64,000 nucleotides of DNA from Simkaniaceae bacterium. Its GTDB lineage: Bacteria > Chlamydiota > Chlamydiia > Chlamydiales > Simkaniaceae. The notes beneath the pieces were generated by a model. The model searched no databases. It was not told the DNA's origin and saw only the letters and a list, made by a program, of their open reading frames with translations. Both the position numbers and the translations under genes were made by a program. Positions within the stretch are counted from its first letter, which is position 1. The number at the start of each line of letters is the position of its first letter. This document shows, in pieces, positions 29,251 through 39,238 of this stretch. The stretch lies in NCBI GenBank assembly GCA_050248615.1, contig JBFWSA010000005.1, positions 11,374 through 75,373 of the forward strand, written 5' to 3'.

Positions 29251-30049
29251 CTCTCCACCCTAAATTAAGTGCCCATGAATCATCCTTTTCATACCCCCAA
29301 TCGATCAAAATATCTCCTAATTCTTCGACAAACCGCTCGACATGCTGGGGCTTAAAGTGCTCTTTCCAAGAACCGACTTGCCCTTTTCGAAAGGTCCAAG
29401 AAGTCCCATAAAGATTATCGACAACATAACGGATTTTTTCTTCAGTCAGAGGAATTTCTAAAAAAGCTGCAATTTGAATAATGGCTTCTCGCTGCGCTTC
29501 AGCACTTCCTCCCCCTTTTTCCCCTACAAGATCTTCAAAGCGGATAAGGCAAAAGTTGCTTCGATGAGAAAAAATCTTGAGCTTATCATATTCCCATCGA
29601 AAACCTGAAAAAATAAGAGGCCAAGAAGGATCCATAGAGATCAGGAGTTTTTCGTCATAGGTGGACCCATTCCAATAGTCAACCATCCCTTGAGTCACCC
29701 CTTTTCTTCCCGTCCAAACAAACATTTCCTGATCTACTTCAGCTCCCGATTTTCCCTCAAAGTAGGTCTCTGTAATCCTCAGCAAAGAAACAACTACATC
29801 TCTAGGGTCTCTCATAATAGAGATAATCTTTAACCCTTTATGGAAGTACAAGTAATCTACATTTGGAGAAGAAAAATGGAGGTAGTAGGGATAGGGTTTC
29901 CCGAGGAGTTCGATGCAACGATTGAGCAAATTACTCCCCCCTTTTCGAATGGTGAGGACTAAAAAACCTTGAGCATAGGCTTCTTCATATCCTCCAAACA
30001 CTCCGATAGTCAGCAATAACAAACACCCTATTTTTCGAAACATCGACAC
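29240..30049 (-). CDS. Sulfotransferase domain protein with signal-like N-terminus
   Basis: TIRKGGSNLL (5'-PSB-like), RDPRDVVVS (3'-PB), RFEDL and FRKGQVGSWK. Confidence 0.82.
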   Translation of the reverse strand: MSMFRKIGCLLLLTIGVFGGYEEAYAQGFLVLTIRKGGSNLLNRCIELLGKPYPYYLHFSSPNVDYLYFHKGLKIISIMRDPRDVVVSLLRITETYFEGKSGAEVDQEMFVWTGRKGVTQGMVDYWNGSTYDEKLLISMDPSWPLIFSGFRWEYDKLKIFSHRSNFCLIRFEDLVGEKGGGSAEAQREAIIQIAAFLEIPLTEEKIRYVVDNLYGTSWTFRKGQVGSWKEHFKPQHVERFVEELGDILIDWGYEKDDSWALNLGWRDAS

Positions 30050-30101
30050 GATCCTTATTTTTCAGATAGGAACTTTAAAGCTTCAAGAATTAGTGCGCAA
30101 G

Positions 30102-30244
30102 TAGTGCCCCGTCATGAAAATTCTTAATGTTTGGGCTGACGTGAAAGTTCCCGTGATTTGTCGAATACAGCTAACCTTAAGATCGACAAAGCTCGGGATT
30201 TTGATGCAGCCGAAACATCAATCATTTTCGTGACGGGGGCACTA
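30102..30244. mobile_element. Palindromic MITE-like element, TAGTGCCCCGTCATGA termini (143 bp)
   Basis: TAGTGCCCCGTCATGAAAAT / ATTTTCGTGACGGGGGCACTA. Its terminal bases form the typA TAG stop. Confidence 0.85.
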
Positions 30245-32047
30245 GACTCTCTTCGATTTACGCTCGCTCTCTTTTAACCGCTTTTTGCGGAGGCGGATAT
30301 TGCGAGGAGTCACTTCAACAAATTCATCATCTTGAATGAAGTCGATGGCTTGTTCGAGAGTCAAAACGGTGGGTGGGGTAAGAATTAAACTCTCATCAGC
30401 TCCTGAAGCGCGGATATTGGTCAGCTGCTTTTCTTTGGTAATGTTGACTGTGAGATCATTATCGCGACTATTTTCTCCAATCACCATCCCTTCATAAACA
30501 TCCTGTCCAGGCTTGATAAACAAAGAACCTCGATTTTGCAAGTTAAAGCAGGCATAAGCTGTGACTCTCCCTTGAGTCATCGAGATCAGAGCTCCATTTT
30601 TTCGTCCTGGAATCTCTCCTCGATACGGTCCGTAAGAATCAAAAATCGAGGTGAGGATCCCGAGTCCTCTTGTCACAGTAAGAAACTCATTGCGATACCC
30701 AATTAAGCCGCGCGTAGGCAGTAAAAACTCAATGGTCGTAATGTTATGTTCATTGGTATGAAAGTTCTGCATTTCTCCTTTGCGACGATTGAGCTCTTCA
30801 ATGACTGTCCCTGAAAAGGTTTCGGGAACTTCAATATGGACACGCTCGATAGGTTCTTCTTTATTTTCCTTGAGAATGACTTTGGGTTTAGAAACTAAAA
30901 ATTCATAGCCTTCTCGCCGCATCGCTTCAATGAGAATCGAGAGGTGAAGCTCTCCTCGACCCGCTACGCGAATGGCATCTTCACGTCCCGCAATCTCTTC
31001 GACGTGCAAAGAGACATTAGATCTTTTTTCATGAAGAAGACGGTCACGTATTTTGTTCATGGTAACATGCTTTCCGTCTCGCCCCACAAAAGGACCTGAG
31101 TTGACTGAAATTTCCACAGAAAGGGTTGGTTCTCCCAGTTCGATAGGAGGCAGTTGTTGCACATGATTCGGATGACATAGGGTATCTCCAATCATCACTT
31201 CAGGAGCTCCTGAAATACTCACAATATCCCCCACCCCTGCTTCATCCATTTCGACTTTTTTTAGCCCTAAGTAGCCGTCAATGCGAGTCACTTTATGATT
31301 GGTGGGATGTCCACTCCGATCGATGGCAGTAAAACTCTCCCCTTTCTTTATTTTTCCTTCTAAAATACGTCCCGTTGCTTGTCTTCCCAAAAAGTCGCTG
31401 TGAGAAAGGGTGCTCACTTGCATGAGAAAAGGAAGGTCCATATTTCCGGGAGGATGGGGAACTTTTGCAATAACAAGTTCGAAAAGAGGGCGCATATTTT
31501 CTCTGGAATCTCCCTCTTTTAAAAAAGCATATCCTCCAATGGCCGATGTATAACAATAGGCAAAATCGAGTTGTTCATCTGTTGCACCTAGCTCGACAAA
31601 GAGATCAAACGTTTTGTTGAGAGCATTTTCTGGGTCGGCATGAGGCTTATCGATTTTATTTAAGACAACAATCGGTCTCAGTCCCATTTTGAGCGCTTGA
31701 GAAAGAACAAAGCGGGTTTGAGGCATAGGCCCCTCCCCAGCATCTACAATGAGTAAAACAGAATTCACCATCCCTAAAACACGTTCTACTTCTCCCGAGA
31801 AATCGGCATGTCCAGGGGTATCGATAATATTGATCTTATAGTCGTCCACATAAAGGCTTGTATGTTTTGCAAAGATAGTAATCCCCCGCTCTTTCTCAAG
31901 TTCATACGAGTCCATCGCCCTCTCAGGAATCGCTTCATTTTCTCGAAAAATAGCCGCTTGCTGAAGTAAGCAGTCTAGAAGGGTGGTTTTCCCATGATCA
32001 ATATGGGCAATGATGGCAATATTACGAATTTTTTCTGGTGAGTACAT
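30242..32047 (-). CDS. typA: Translational GTPase TypA/BipA
   Basis: [30 protein letters not shown] and EVTP..IRLRK. Confidence 0.97.
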   Translation of the reverse strand: MYSPEKIRNIAIIAHIDHGKTTLLDCLLQQAAIFRENEAIPERAMDSYELEKERGITIFAKHTSLYVDDYKINIIDTPGHADFSGEVERVLGMVNSVLLIVDAGEGPMPQTRFVLSQALKMGLRPIVVLNKIDKPHADPENALNKTFDLFVELGATDEQLDFAYCYTSAIGGYAFLKEGDSRENMRPLFELVIAKVPHPPGNMDLPFLMQVSTLSHSDFLGRQATGRILEGKIKKGESFTAIDRSGHPTNHKVTRIDGYLGLKKVEMDEAGVGDIVSISGAPEVMIGDTLCHPNHVQQLPPIELGEPTLSVEISVNSGPFVGRDGKHVTMNKIRDRLLHEKRSNVSLHVEEIAGREDAIRVAGRGELHLSILIEAMRREGYEFLVSKPKVILKENKEEPIERVHIEVPETFSGTVIEELNRRKGEMQNFHTNEHNITTIEFLLPTRGLIGYRNEFLTVTRGLGILTSIFDSYGPYRGEIPGRKNGALISMTQGRVTAYACFNLQNRGSLFIKPGQDVYEGMVIGENSRDNDLTVNITKEKQLTNIRASGADESLILTPPTVLTLEQAIDFIQDDEFVEVTPRNIRLRKKRLKESERKSKRV

Positions 32048-32119
32048 GTTTTTTGAACCTATAATAAAAAGCCCAACGTTTATTGGGCTTCAATACCTAA
32101 GATACCTGAAACTTTCATT

Positions 32120-32283
32120 TATACTCAAACAACTTCAAAAGCTGGTTTTGGGCAAGCGCGAAAGCTTTCGGAATTTGTTGATCTTAAGTGACCTAATATT
32201 AGAAATATGAGGTCAATTAAGATCGGTAAATTACGGTGTTTTGGCGCAGTCGAAAATCCAACTTTTGAAGTTGTTTGGGTATA
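32120..32283 (+). mobile_element. Palindromic MITE-like element family A (164 bp) in the typA/trkH divergent gap
   Basis: Full-length alignment to 14662..14825 with several substitutions. Confidence 0.92.
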
Positions 32284-32319
32284 TTGACAGCAAGAAAAAA
32301 AAGGAATAGTTTTTTGTGT

Positions 32320-33870
32320 ATGCAACATTTTAGGCAAAAAATTCATTGGCAAGCGATCCTCGGGCAGATGGGGCTCCTACTCCATGTCCCCGGATGCATG
32401 GCTTGGATAACAGTGGGGATTTGCTCTCTTTTCCAAGAATGGGATGCCATCCTCCCTTTTGGTGTGACAGGAGCCCTAGGGATAGGTCTAGGCCAAATTT
32501 TGTACCGCGGAAGCCTAAAAGCCCAAGAGGCTCACCTTTGGGATGCCATGGTCATTGCAGCCTTGGGATGGATTTTTTGCTCTTTCCTTGCAGCCATCCC
32601 TCTTTATTGGGTTTGCCATATACAATTGGCTCAAGGGGTAGAATCCGAAGTGATGCGCGTCTTTTCCCACCCCATCAACGCCCTATTCGAAGGTTTTTCA
32701 GGTTATACCAGTACAGGCCTTACGATGATGCAACGGGAAGGTCCCTTTCCCCATTGCCTTGAGTGGTGGCGCTCCTTCTTACAATGGACTGGAGGATTAG
32801 GTCTCGTTGTTTTTGTCCTCGCCCTTACCCACCTGAATAAGGAGGGATACCAACTTTATTATGCCGAAGCACATTCGGAACAAATGTCACGCAATATTAG
32901 ACAAACAGCTCACCGGATATGGGCGATTTATCTCTGTTACACTTTTGTGGCCTTTCTCCTTTTTTTCAGTGCAGGGATGCCCCTTTGGGAAGCGATTAAC
33001 CACGCCATGACAGCCATCTCTACGGGAGGATTTACCGTGACCTCCACGAACTTTCAGGGCTATTCTGCCGGCATTCAAATCATTGCCCTACTTATCATGG
33101 TGATCGGATCTATTAGCTTTGCAGTGCATTTTCAAGTGATCCACGATCGCAACTTGAAAATACTGTGGAAAAGCCTCCAACACCGCCTTCTCTATCTCTT
33201 CGTGATAGGGGGAGGAATTCTCACCCTTCTCCTCAACTTGTGGAATGGAAGTCAAGGGCACTACATGGGCTCAATTTTTGAGTGGGTCTCAGCCCTCACA
33301 ACTTGCGGTTATAACGCTGTTTCTCTCTCTTTTTTTAGCCCCATGGTCAAACTTTTGCTCATCATCGGTATGTTTATGGGAGGAGCTACAGGTTCTACGG
33401 CTGGAGGATTAAAAATCCGCCGCCTCCTTTACCTTGTCAAAGGCATTTACCTTCGCCTCTCTTCCCTAACACAAAAAAACGAAAAAGAAATTTTAGAAGA
33501 ATATAATCCCGCAAAATCTCCCTCTCAAGAAGAACCGCCCGGAACCCTCCTGTTACGCAAAACGCAAAGTGAGCGGTTAATCACGGCAGAAGTTCTTTTC
33601 TCACTCTGGGCTGCAACCATTTTTTTAGGATGGTTTCTGATTTTAAAGTGGACTCCTAAGGGAGGAGCTCTAGATGCCCTTTTTGAGGTGACCAGTGCTA
33701 TGAGCAATGTAGGGCTCAGTAGTGGCATTGTTAGCCCCGATTTCTCTACAGCAGGAAAGATTATTTTTATGTTGTTGATGTGGGTGGGAAGGCTAGAAAT
33801 AATTCCCGCACTCGTGTTACTTTTAACTTTACCAATGACGCTTAGAAATAATACCATTTCTGAAAAATAA
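32320..33870 (+). CDS. trkH: TrkH family potassium uptake membrane protein
   Basis: SGYTSTG, AISTGGF, GGATGSTAGGLK, SNVGLS and GRLEI. Confidence 0.92.
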   Translation: MQHFRQKIHWQAILGQMGLLLHVPGCMAWITVGICSLFQEWDAILPFGVTGALGIGLGQILYRGSLKAQEAHLWDAMVIAALGWIFCSFLAAIPLYWVCHIQLAQGVESEVMRVFSHPINALFEGFSGYTSTGLTMMQREGPFPHCLEWWRSFLQWTGGLGLVVFVLALTHLNKEGYQLYYAEAHSEQMSRNIRQTAHRIWAIYLCYTFVAFLLFFSAGMPLWEAINHAMTAISTGGFTVTSTNFQGYSAGIQIIALLIMVIGSISFAVHFQVIHDRNLKILWKSLQHRLLYLFVIGGGILTLLLNLWNGSQGHYMGSIFEWVSALTTCGYNAVSLSFFSPMVKLLLIIGMFMGGATGSTAGGLKIRRLLYLVKGIYLRLSSLTQKNEKEILEEYNPAKSPSQEEPPGTLLLRKTQSERLITAEVLFSLWAATIFLGWFLILKWTPKGGALDALFEVTSAMSNVGLSSGIVSPDFSTAGKIIFMLLMWVGRLEIIPALVLLLTLPMTLRNNTISEK

Positions 33871-33995
33871 AATCGCATTTGGCAAGGAGGCAGCACAAAT
33901 TTTTGTATCTGGAGCGAGCGACCATTGCCCAGCGGCAAGGCGCGAGTGAAGACTAAAAATTTGTTGCTAAGTCGACATAGTCAAATGCGACTTTA
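33868..33995. mobile_element. TA-bounded palindromic element (128 bp), distinct type
   Basis: TAAAATCGCATTTGGC / GTCAAATGCGACTTTA, with inner stem CAAATTTTT/AAAAATTTG. It starts at the trkH TAA. Confidence 0.75.
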
Positions 33996-34019
33996 TTTTT
34001 GATAAATGGTATAACTCCC

Positions 34020-34232
34020 ATGGAAAGAAGTCCTAAGAACTATATCCTCTCTCTCTTGCTCTGTTTTTTTCTCGGCACCCTCGGCATCCACCGCTTCTAT
34101 GTCGGAAAAATCGGCACAGGAATCCTCATGATCCTCACCCTGGGGGGGCTCTACATCTGGCAACTCATCGATCTCATCCTCATCATCGTGGGGCAGTTCC
34201 GCGACAAACAAGGACGCTTCATCAAGCCTTAA
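34020..34232 (+). CDS. TM2 domain protein
   Basis: LLCFFLGTLGIHRFYVGKIGTG...TLGGLYIWQLIDL. Confidence 0.93.
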   Translation: MERSPKNYILSLLLCFFLGTLGIHRFYVGKIGTGILMILTLGGLYIWQLIDLILIIVGQFRDKQGRFIKP

Positions 34233-35382
34233 GCTTCTGTTTAATCATTTGGGCAAGATTTATTACAAAATCCTCACTCATGAGGGCATTATGGCTTTCT
34301 GGAACAAGAATCAATTGCTTCTTATCTTTTGAGCACTCTGTATCTTCAAAAACTTCTTTTGCAAGGGACACTACTCCTGGAATGACATCATCTGTTTCTT
34401 TTAGGTCTGTAGCAGAGCGCATGAAATCATCTGACGGGTTTTTCCCTTGCTGAATAATAATCTCAGGATGCTCAATTTTTTTAGAAGAGGTCGTCGAGTC
34501 ATACTCCCAATTAAGGAAATGAATCAGAAATCCCGTTTTATAGGCAATTTCATCTGCAACTCTAGAGAGTTTCCCAAAGGTCATATGTTTTACAAAAACA
34601 TATTTCACTTCAGGAGAAAGTTCGAGATCATGGAGGTTTTGTCCCTGAACGCCTCCCCCAATCGAGTGGCCAAAATCGATCATCTCCTTGGCTCCGAGCT
34701 CTGCACGTGCAAAGGCATGCATAGCCGCATGAGAGGCTAGTTCCGCTTCGTGATCGGGCAAAAATCCACTACTGGCTCCCACAGCTGCATAGTTATAAAA
34801 AAGGATATTGGCTTGAAGCGCTTTAGCTAGGGCAATATAGTCCTCTCTCCCTTCTTCATAAAACTCTCCATTCCCTTGAGAAAAGATAATCCACCGTCCA
34901 TTCGCTAATTGATTTTTATCTCCTATCATCACCGCATCGATCAAGGAGCCATTGGCTTGGATCGGACACCGTTTAACCACACATTCCGGAATAGCAGCTA
35001 ATTTTTCCCTTTCGACATCAAGATCTAATTCACGGATATCACTCAGTAAAGGGATCGTAGCTAGATGGACAAGATACCCTGTAACAATGTAGAGATCGTT
35101 GTATAGGGCTAAGGGGAGGGTGAGCCCAACAACAGCTTTGGGAAGGGAAGGAAGCTGCATGTAATTTCTAGAAATCGTTCGGATGCAAAAGGCTGCTATG
35201 GTATAGGCTAAAGCTAATGAGGAACCATTAAAAAGGACACTTTTGGAAAGACGGACCCAACTAGAGCCGTTTTCAAAAACAAAAACAGGTTCTCCCGATG
35301 GGGTAGGGGCACAGAGTTCTGCTTTTGTTATCTGGAGATAATCGGGGTTATTAAAAAATGCGTTTGGACCGACTAATTCCAT
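34222..35382 (-). CDS. Alpha/beta hydrolase, chlamydial CHLPS (DUF818)-like
   Basis: GRWIIFSQGNGEFYE, ANILFYNY..VGASSG and a GHSIGGG nucleophile elbow. Confidence 0.75.
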   Translation of the reverse strand: MELVGPNAFFNNPDYLQITKAELCAPTPSGEPVFVFENGSSWVRLSKSVLFNGSSLALAYTIAAFCIRTISRNYMQLPSLPKAVVGLTLPLALYNDLYIVTGYLVHLATIPLLSDIRELDLDVEREKLAAIPECVVKRCPIQANGSLIDAVMIGDKNQLANGRWIIFSQGNGEFYEEGREDYIALAKALQANILFYNYAAVGASSGFLPDHEAELASHAAMHAFARAELGAKEMIDFGHSIGGGVQGQNLHDLELSPEVKYVFVKHMTFGKLSRVADEIAYKTGFLIHFLNWEYDSTTSSKKIEHPEIIIQQGKNPSDDFMRSATDLKETDDVIPGVVSLAKEVFEDTECSKDKKQLILVPESHNALMSEDFVINLAQMIKQKLKA

Positions 35383-35418
35383 AATAATCCTTTTTTTGGC
35401 AAAAATTATACAGAAACG

Positions 35419-36306
35419 ATGGATAAAGTCTTACTTAAAAATATTTCTTCCAAGGGGGTCCCTTTAGAGGCCACCTTTCTTCCTGACGGGGGGATGAATC
35501 TGATTAGCTACCGCCTTGGAGAGATCGAAGTGATCGATCAAAACACCCGTCCTCTTTATAAGGAGAGAATGGCGGGACTAGGGGCTCTCATTGGCCCCCA
35601 CTTCCACCATCGTCAAAAAATTTCTAAAGGATTTGATCCCTCCCTCTTTCCCCATATTGCCCGCGTAAAAGCTCAAGGGAAGGAGGAACCTTTTTCTCAC
35701 GGAATCGCCCGCTATGTTCCTTGGAAATATGTCAGTAGTGAAACACAAATCAAAGCTCATCTTCACGGAAGTGATCTCTATAAGGGGGTCCCCCTCTCTG
35801 TTTTTGAAGGGCAAGATTTTAAGATGAGTTATGAAGCGCGCCTTCTAGAGAGTGGGCTTTTCATCGAATACAAAGTGGAAAGTGAGCACCCTTCTGTTGT
35901 CGGATTGCACTATTACTATGCCCTTCCAGGAAAAGGGGTTGTTCAAGGAGAAGTGGAACCTACCTATCGGGATCAAAAAGAATGGAAACCCCTTCCTCAA
36001 GAGTGGACAAAAGAGAAACCCACCCATTTGCACTTTACCCTCCCCCAAGAGGCAGACTTCGGATTCATCCCAGCCAAAAAAACACCTAACGATCACGACT
36101 ATAAATGGATTCTCGATACAGATACCTATTCTCTCCATTTCGATTTCAACACAGCATCGAATCGGGAGATCTCCTGGCAGCTTTTTCATCCCAAAAACAC
36201 CACCTATGTCTGCATTGAACCTCTCTCTGCGCACTTCCCCCCTGAGCCGCAACTCTCTCGCAGCACTTTAGAAGTCAAGATCGAGATCTTTTCTCCCCTT
36301 CACTAA
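35419..36306 (+). CDS. Galactose mutarotase/aldose 1-epimerase-like protein
   Basis: HGIARYVPW, GLHYYY and YVCIEP. Confidence 0.75.
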   Translation: MDKVLLKNISSKGVPLEATFLPDGGMNLISYRLGEIEVIDQNTRPLYKERMAGLGALIGPHFHHRQKISKGFDPSLFPHIARVKAQGKEEPFSHGIARYVPWKYVSSETQIKAHLHGSDLYKGVPLSVFEGQDFKMSYEARLLESGLFIEYKVESEHPSVVGLHYYYALPGKGVVQGEVEPTYRDQKEWKPLPQEWTKEKPTHLHFTLPQEADFGFIPAKKTPNDHDYKWILDTDTYSLHFDFNTASNREISWQLFHPKNTTYVCIEPLSAHFPPEPQLSRSTLEVKIEIFSPLH

Positions 36307-36342
36307 TATTAGTGAAAGCTTTACAAGAAGGAAAAGTGAGGT

Positions 36343-37959
36343 ATGTGGATGGCAGATAAAAAGCGCATTGTGATTTTAGGAGCGGGATTTGGGGGAGCCT
36401 ATACGGCTATGTATTTAGAAAAACACCTAAAAAAACATAAGGATGTCTTTGAAATCTACCTTGTGAACAGAGAGAATTACTTTGTCTTCCAACCGATGCT
36501 CGCTGAGGTTGTCGGAGGCTCTCTAGACCTACTCGACACGATTAACCCCTTAAGAAAACTCCTCCCCAAAACACACCTCTATGTTCGAGAAGTCGATGCA
36601 ATTGATCTTGAAAGAAAACAGATTATTCTCTCCCCTAAATACTCTCATACGCCCACTGAAGTGAGCTATGATCACCTCGTTTTAGCTCTGGGAAATGTTA
36701 CCGATTTCAGAGGGACTGCGGGGCTCCATGAACATGCCCTCCCCTTCAAAAACCTAGCCGATAGCATCGTCATCCGCAATCAGGTGATCGATGTCCTAGA
36801 GTCAGCAGCTTGTGAAGAGGACCCAGCCCTGAAACAAAAACTTTTAACGTTTGTTGTAGGAGGAGGAGGATTTTCTGGAACAGAGGTTGTCGCCGAGGTC
36901 AATGACTTGGTCCATAAGCTTTCTAAACAATACCCTTCGATTCACCACGAAGATATCCGTGTGGTCCTCGTGCATAGCAAAGAGAGGCTCATGGAACGGG
37001 AACTCAGTGAAAGTTTAAGTCGCTATGCAGAAAAACTCCTGAAAAAACGAGGGGTGGAAATCCGCTTTGGTGCCCATTTGTCCTCTGCAACCCCCGAAGA
37101 GGCCATTCTAGATACCGGAGAAAGGATCTGCGCTAAAACCATCATCTCTACTGTCCCTTCTTCTCCTAATCCTCTCATTGAAACCCTTCCCCTCCCTTTA
37201 GAAAAAGGAAAGATCGTCACAGATGCAGGAATGCAGGTGAAGGAACATCCAGAGATTTGGGCGATTGGAGATTGCGCTGCCATTCCGAACTTAGAAGGAA
37301 AAGGGATCTGCCCTCCAACGGCTCAATTTGCGATTCGGGAAGCAAAAGTCTTAGCCCATAATATCGCAGCAAGTCTTCTGGGCAGAAAGAAAAAAGAATT
37401 TCGCTTTAAAGCGCTTGGGATGATGGGAGCCTTAGGGCACCACTCCGCTGTTGCAGAACTCTTTGGCAAATTTAAGTTTTCGGGAATCTGTGCTTGGATC
37501 CTCTGGCGGATGATTTACTGGATGAAATTACCAGGCTTTGACCGTAAACTCAAAGTGGCCCTTTCGTGGATTCTCGATACGATGATCCCCATCGAAGCCG
37601 TTCAGATTAAAACCACTCCGAGTCAAGGCATTGCCCAACTTCACTTTGAAACCGGAGAGATCATTTTCCATCAGGATGATGTCGGCGATTATCTTTATAT
37701 CATCGTGAGTGGAGAAGTCGAAGTCTACGTGACAAAAGAAGGAAAAGATCGGGTGATTGCCAAGCTGGGTAAAGGAGAATACTTTGGGGAGATGGCCCTT
37801 TTAAACCAACGCTCCCGCTTAGCGACCGTCCGCTGTCTCACTCCAGTTGATGTCTTGGCTTTAAGAAAAAGCGATTTTGGTATTTTGATTTCAAATTTCC
37901 AAGAGCTTAGAAAAGATTTTGAGGAAACAGAAAAAACTCGTAGAAGAGAAATTGGATAA
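36343..37959 (+). CDS. Type II NADH dehydrogenase (NDH-2) with C-terminal cyclic-nucleotide-binding domain
   Basis: Two Rossmann motifs (ILGAGFGG, VVGGGGFSGTE), WAIGD and PPTAQFA. The C-terminus reads GEIIFHQ..GDYLYIIVSGEV..GEYFGEMALL..RSRLATV. Confidence 0.9.
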   Translation: MWMADKKRIVILGAGFGGAYTAMYLEKHLKKHKDVFEIYLVNRENYFVFQPMLAEVVGGSLDLLDTINPLRKLLPKTHLYVREVDAIDLERKQIILSPKYSHTPTEVSYDHLVLALGNVTDFRGTAGLHEHALPFKNLADSIVIRNQVIDVLESAACEEDPALKQKLLTFVVGGGGFSGTEVVAEVNDLVHKLSKQYPSIHHEDIRVVLVHSKERLMERELSESLSRYAEKLLKKRGVEIRFGAHLSSATPEEAILDTGERICAKTIISTVPSSPNPLIETLPLPLEKGKIVTDAGMQVKEHPEIWAIGDCAAIPNLEGKGICPPTAQFAIREAKVLAHNIAASLLGRKKKEFRFKALGMMGALGHHSAVAELFGKFKFSGICAWILWRMIYWMKLPGFDRKLKVALSWILDTMIPIEAVQIKTTPSQGIAQLHFETGEIIFHQDDVGDYLYIIVSGEVEVYVTKEGKDRVIAKLGKGEYFGEMALLNQRSRLATVRCLTPVDVLALRKSDFGILISNFQELRKDFEETEKTRRREIG

Positions 37960-37977
37960 CTTTTAAAATCTGCGATC

Positions 37978-38628
37978 ATGGAAATTTGGTTAGATACTAC
38001 AGACATCAAAACGATTCAGTTAGGGCGGAAGCTCGGTGTTTTGTCCGGAGTGACAACAAACCCTTCCCTGATCTCGGAATCGGGGCATAACTTAGAAGAA
38101 GTCTTAAAAGAAATTCTGAAGGCGCAAAGTAAGCCTGTCACTGTTCAAGTCACCGCTCCCGATCATCAAACCATTGTTGAACAAGCCGAAACACTCCGCG
38201 ACTACTCTGAACGTATCATTGTAAAAATTCCCGTGACTCAAGAGGGACTCAAAGCCATGACAGCCCTCTCCCATCTCCAATTCCCCATCATGGCCACAGC
38301 CATCTTTTCCGCAAATCAAGCCCTCTTTGCCTGTCGTGCAGGAGCCAAATATCTTGCTCCCTACTATTCCCGTATGAACATGCCTTTAGAAACACTTGAA
38401 GGAATCAATTTCATCCTCGATCGCTACAACTTTGATGCCAAAATGGTTGTCGCCTCTCTCAAATCTCTAGAAGATATCCAAGATTGCTTAGATTTTGGAG
38501 TCGATGCCGTAACGTTGAAAAAAGAGCTCTTTGAAGAATTTATTGCCGATCATCCCAAAACCTTTGAAAGTTTAGACCGCTTTTCTCGAGACTGGAAAAA
38601 AGCCAAGCCTTCAAAGCTTTTGTCATGA
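37978..38628 (+). CDS. Transaldolase/fructose-6-phosphate aldolase family
   Basis: LDT, GVTTNPSL, VKIPVT.EG and GAKYLAPY. Confidence 0.9.
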   Translation: MEIWLDTTDIKTIQLGRKLGVLSGVTTNPSLISESGHNLEEVLKEILKAQSKPVTVQVTAPDHQTIVEQAETLRDYSERIIVKIPVTQEGLKAMTALSHLQFPIMATAIFSANQALFACRAGAKYLAPYYSRMNMPLETLEGINFILDRYNFDAKMVVASLKSLEDIQDCLDFGVDAVTLKKELFEEFIADHPKTFESLDRFSRDWKKAKPSKLLS

Positions 38629-39238
38629 GAAAAGAAAGCACGCCCCTTGCCGTTACCTTCCCCTAACAGACGCCGTCCTTCTGACCTATACGCGCCCTCT
38701 TTTCATCCCCATCGTTGTCTATCTTTGGTTCCGCACACCCTGGACTAAAAATACTTGGACAGGAGTAATTGTTGGTTTTTTAGGCGTCTTACTCATTTTA
38801 AGACCCGATGAGAAGATTTTTGATATTGCCTCTCTTGTAAGACTGGGAGCAGGGATGTTCGGAGCTGTCGCCTTTACCACCATCCGCCGTTTAACCAAAA
38901 CAGAACCCTCGGAAAGAATCACCTTTTATTATATGGCCCTTTCCATCCCTTTAGCGGCATTTCCCTTAGCAAGCAACTGGCAAATGCCCACCCTAATTGA
39001 ATGGGGATTACTCCTCTTAATCGGAGGGGTCGCCATCATTTATCAGATGTTTCTTTCCCGCGCTTATCGCCATGCAAAAGCAGTGAAAGTCGGAACGCTT
39101 CTCTATTCCAGTGTTGCCTTTGCCTATCTTTTTGATTATATTCTTGGAAACACAGTCCTTCCTTATACGGCTCTTATTGGAATAGCACTGATTGTGGTCG
39201 GATCCATTGTTGCCCTTAGAGATCGGAAACAAACATGA
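38625..39238 (+). pseudogene. EamA/DMT transporter with 5' internal deletion and frameshift
   Basis: ATG 38625 (coupled to the upstream TGA) reads MRKESTPLAVTFP*. Another frame from about 38651 reads RYLPLTDAVLLTYTRPLF...VGFLGVLLILRP and runs to 39238. Confidence 0.7.

Noticed and set aside
9487..32283. Family A repeats as a CRISPR array
   Set aside because: The copies are dispersed, 164 bp long and not separated by regular spacers, and there are no cas genes.
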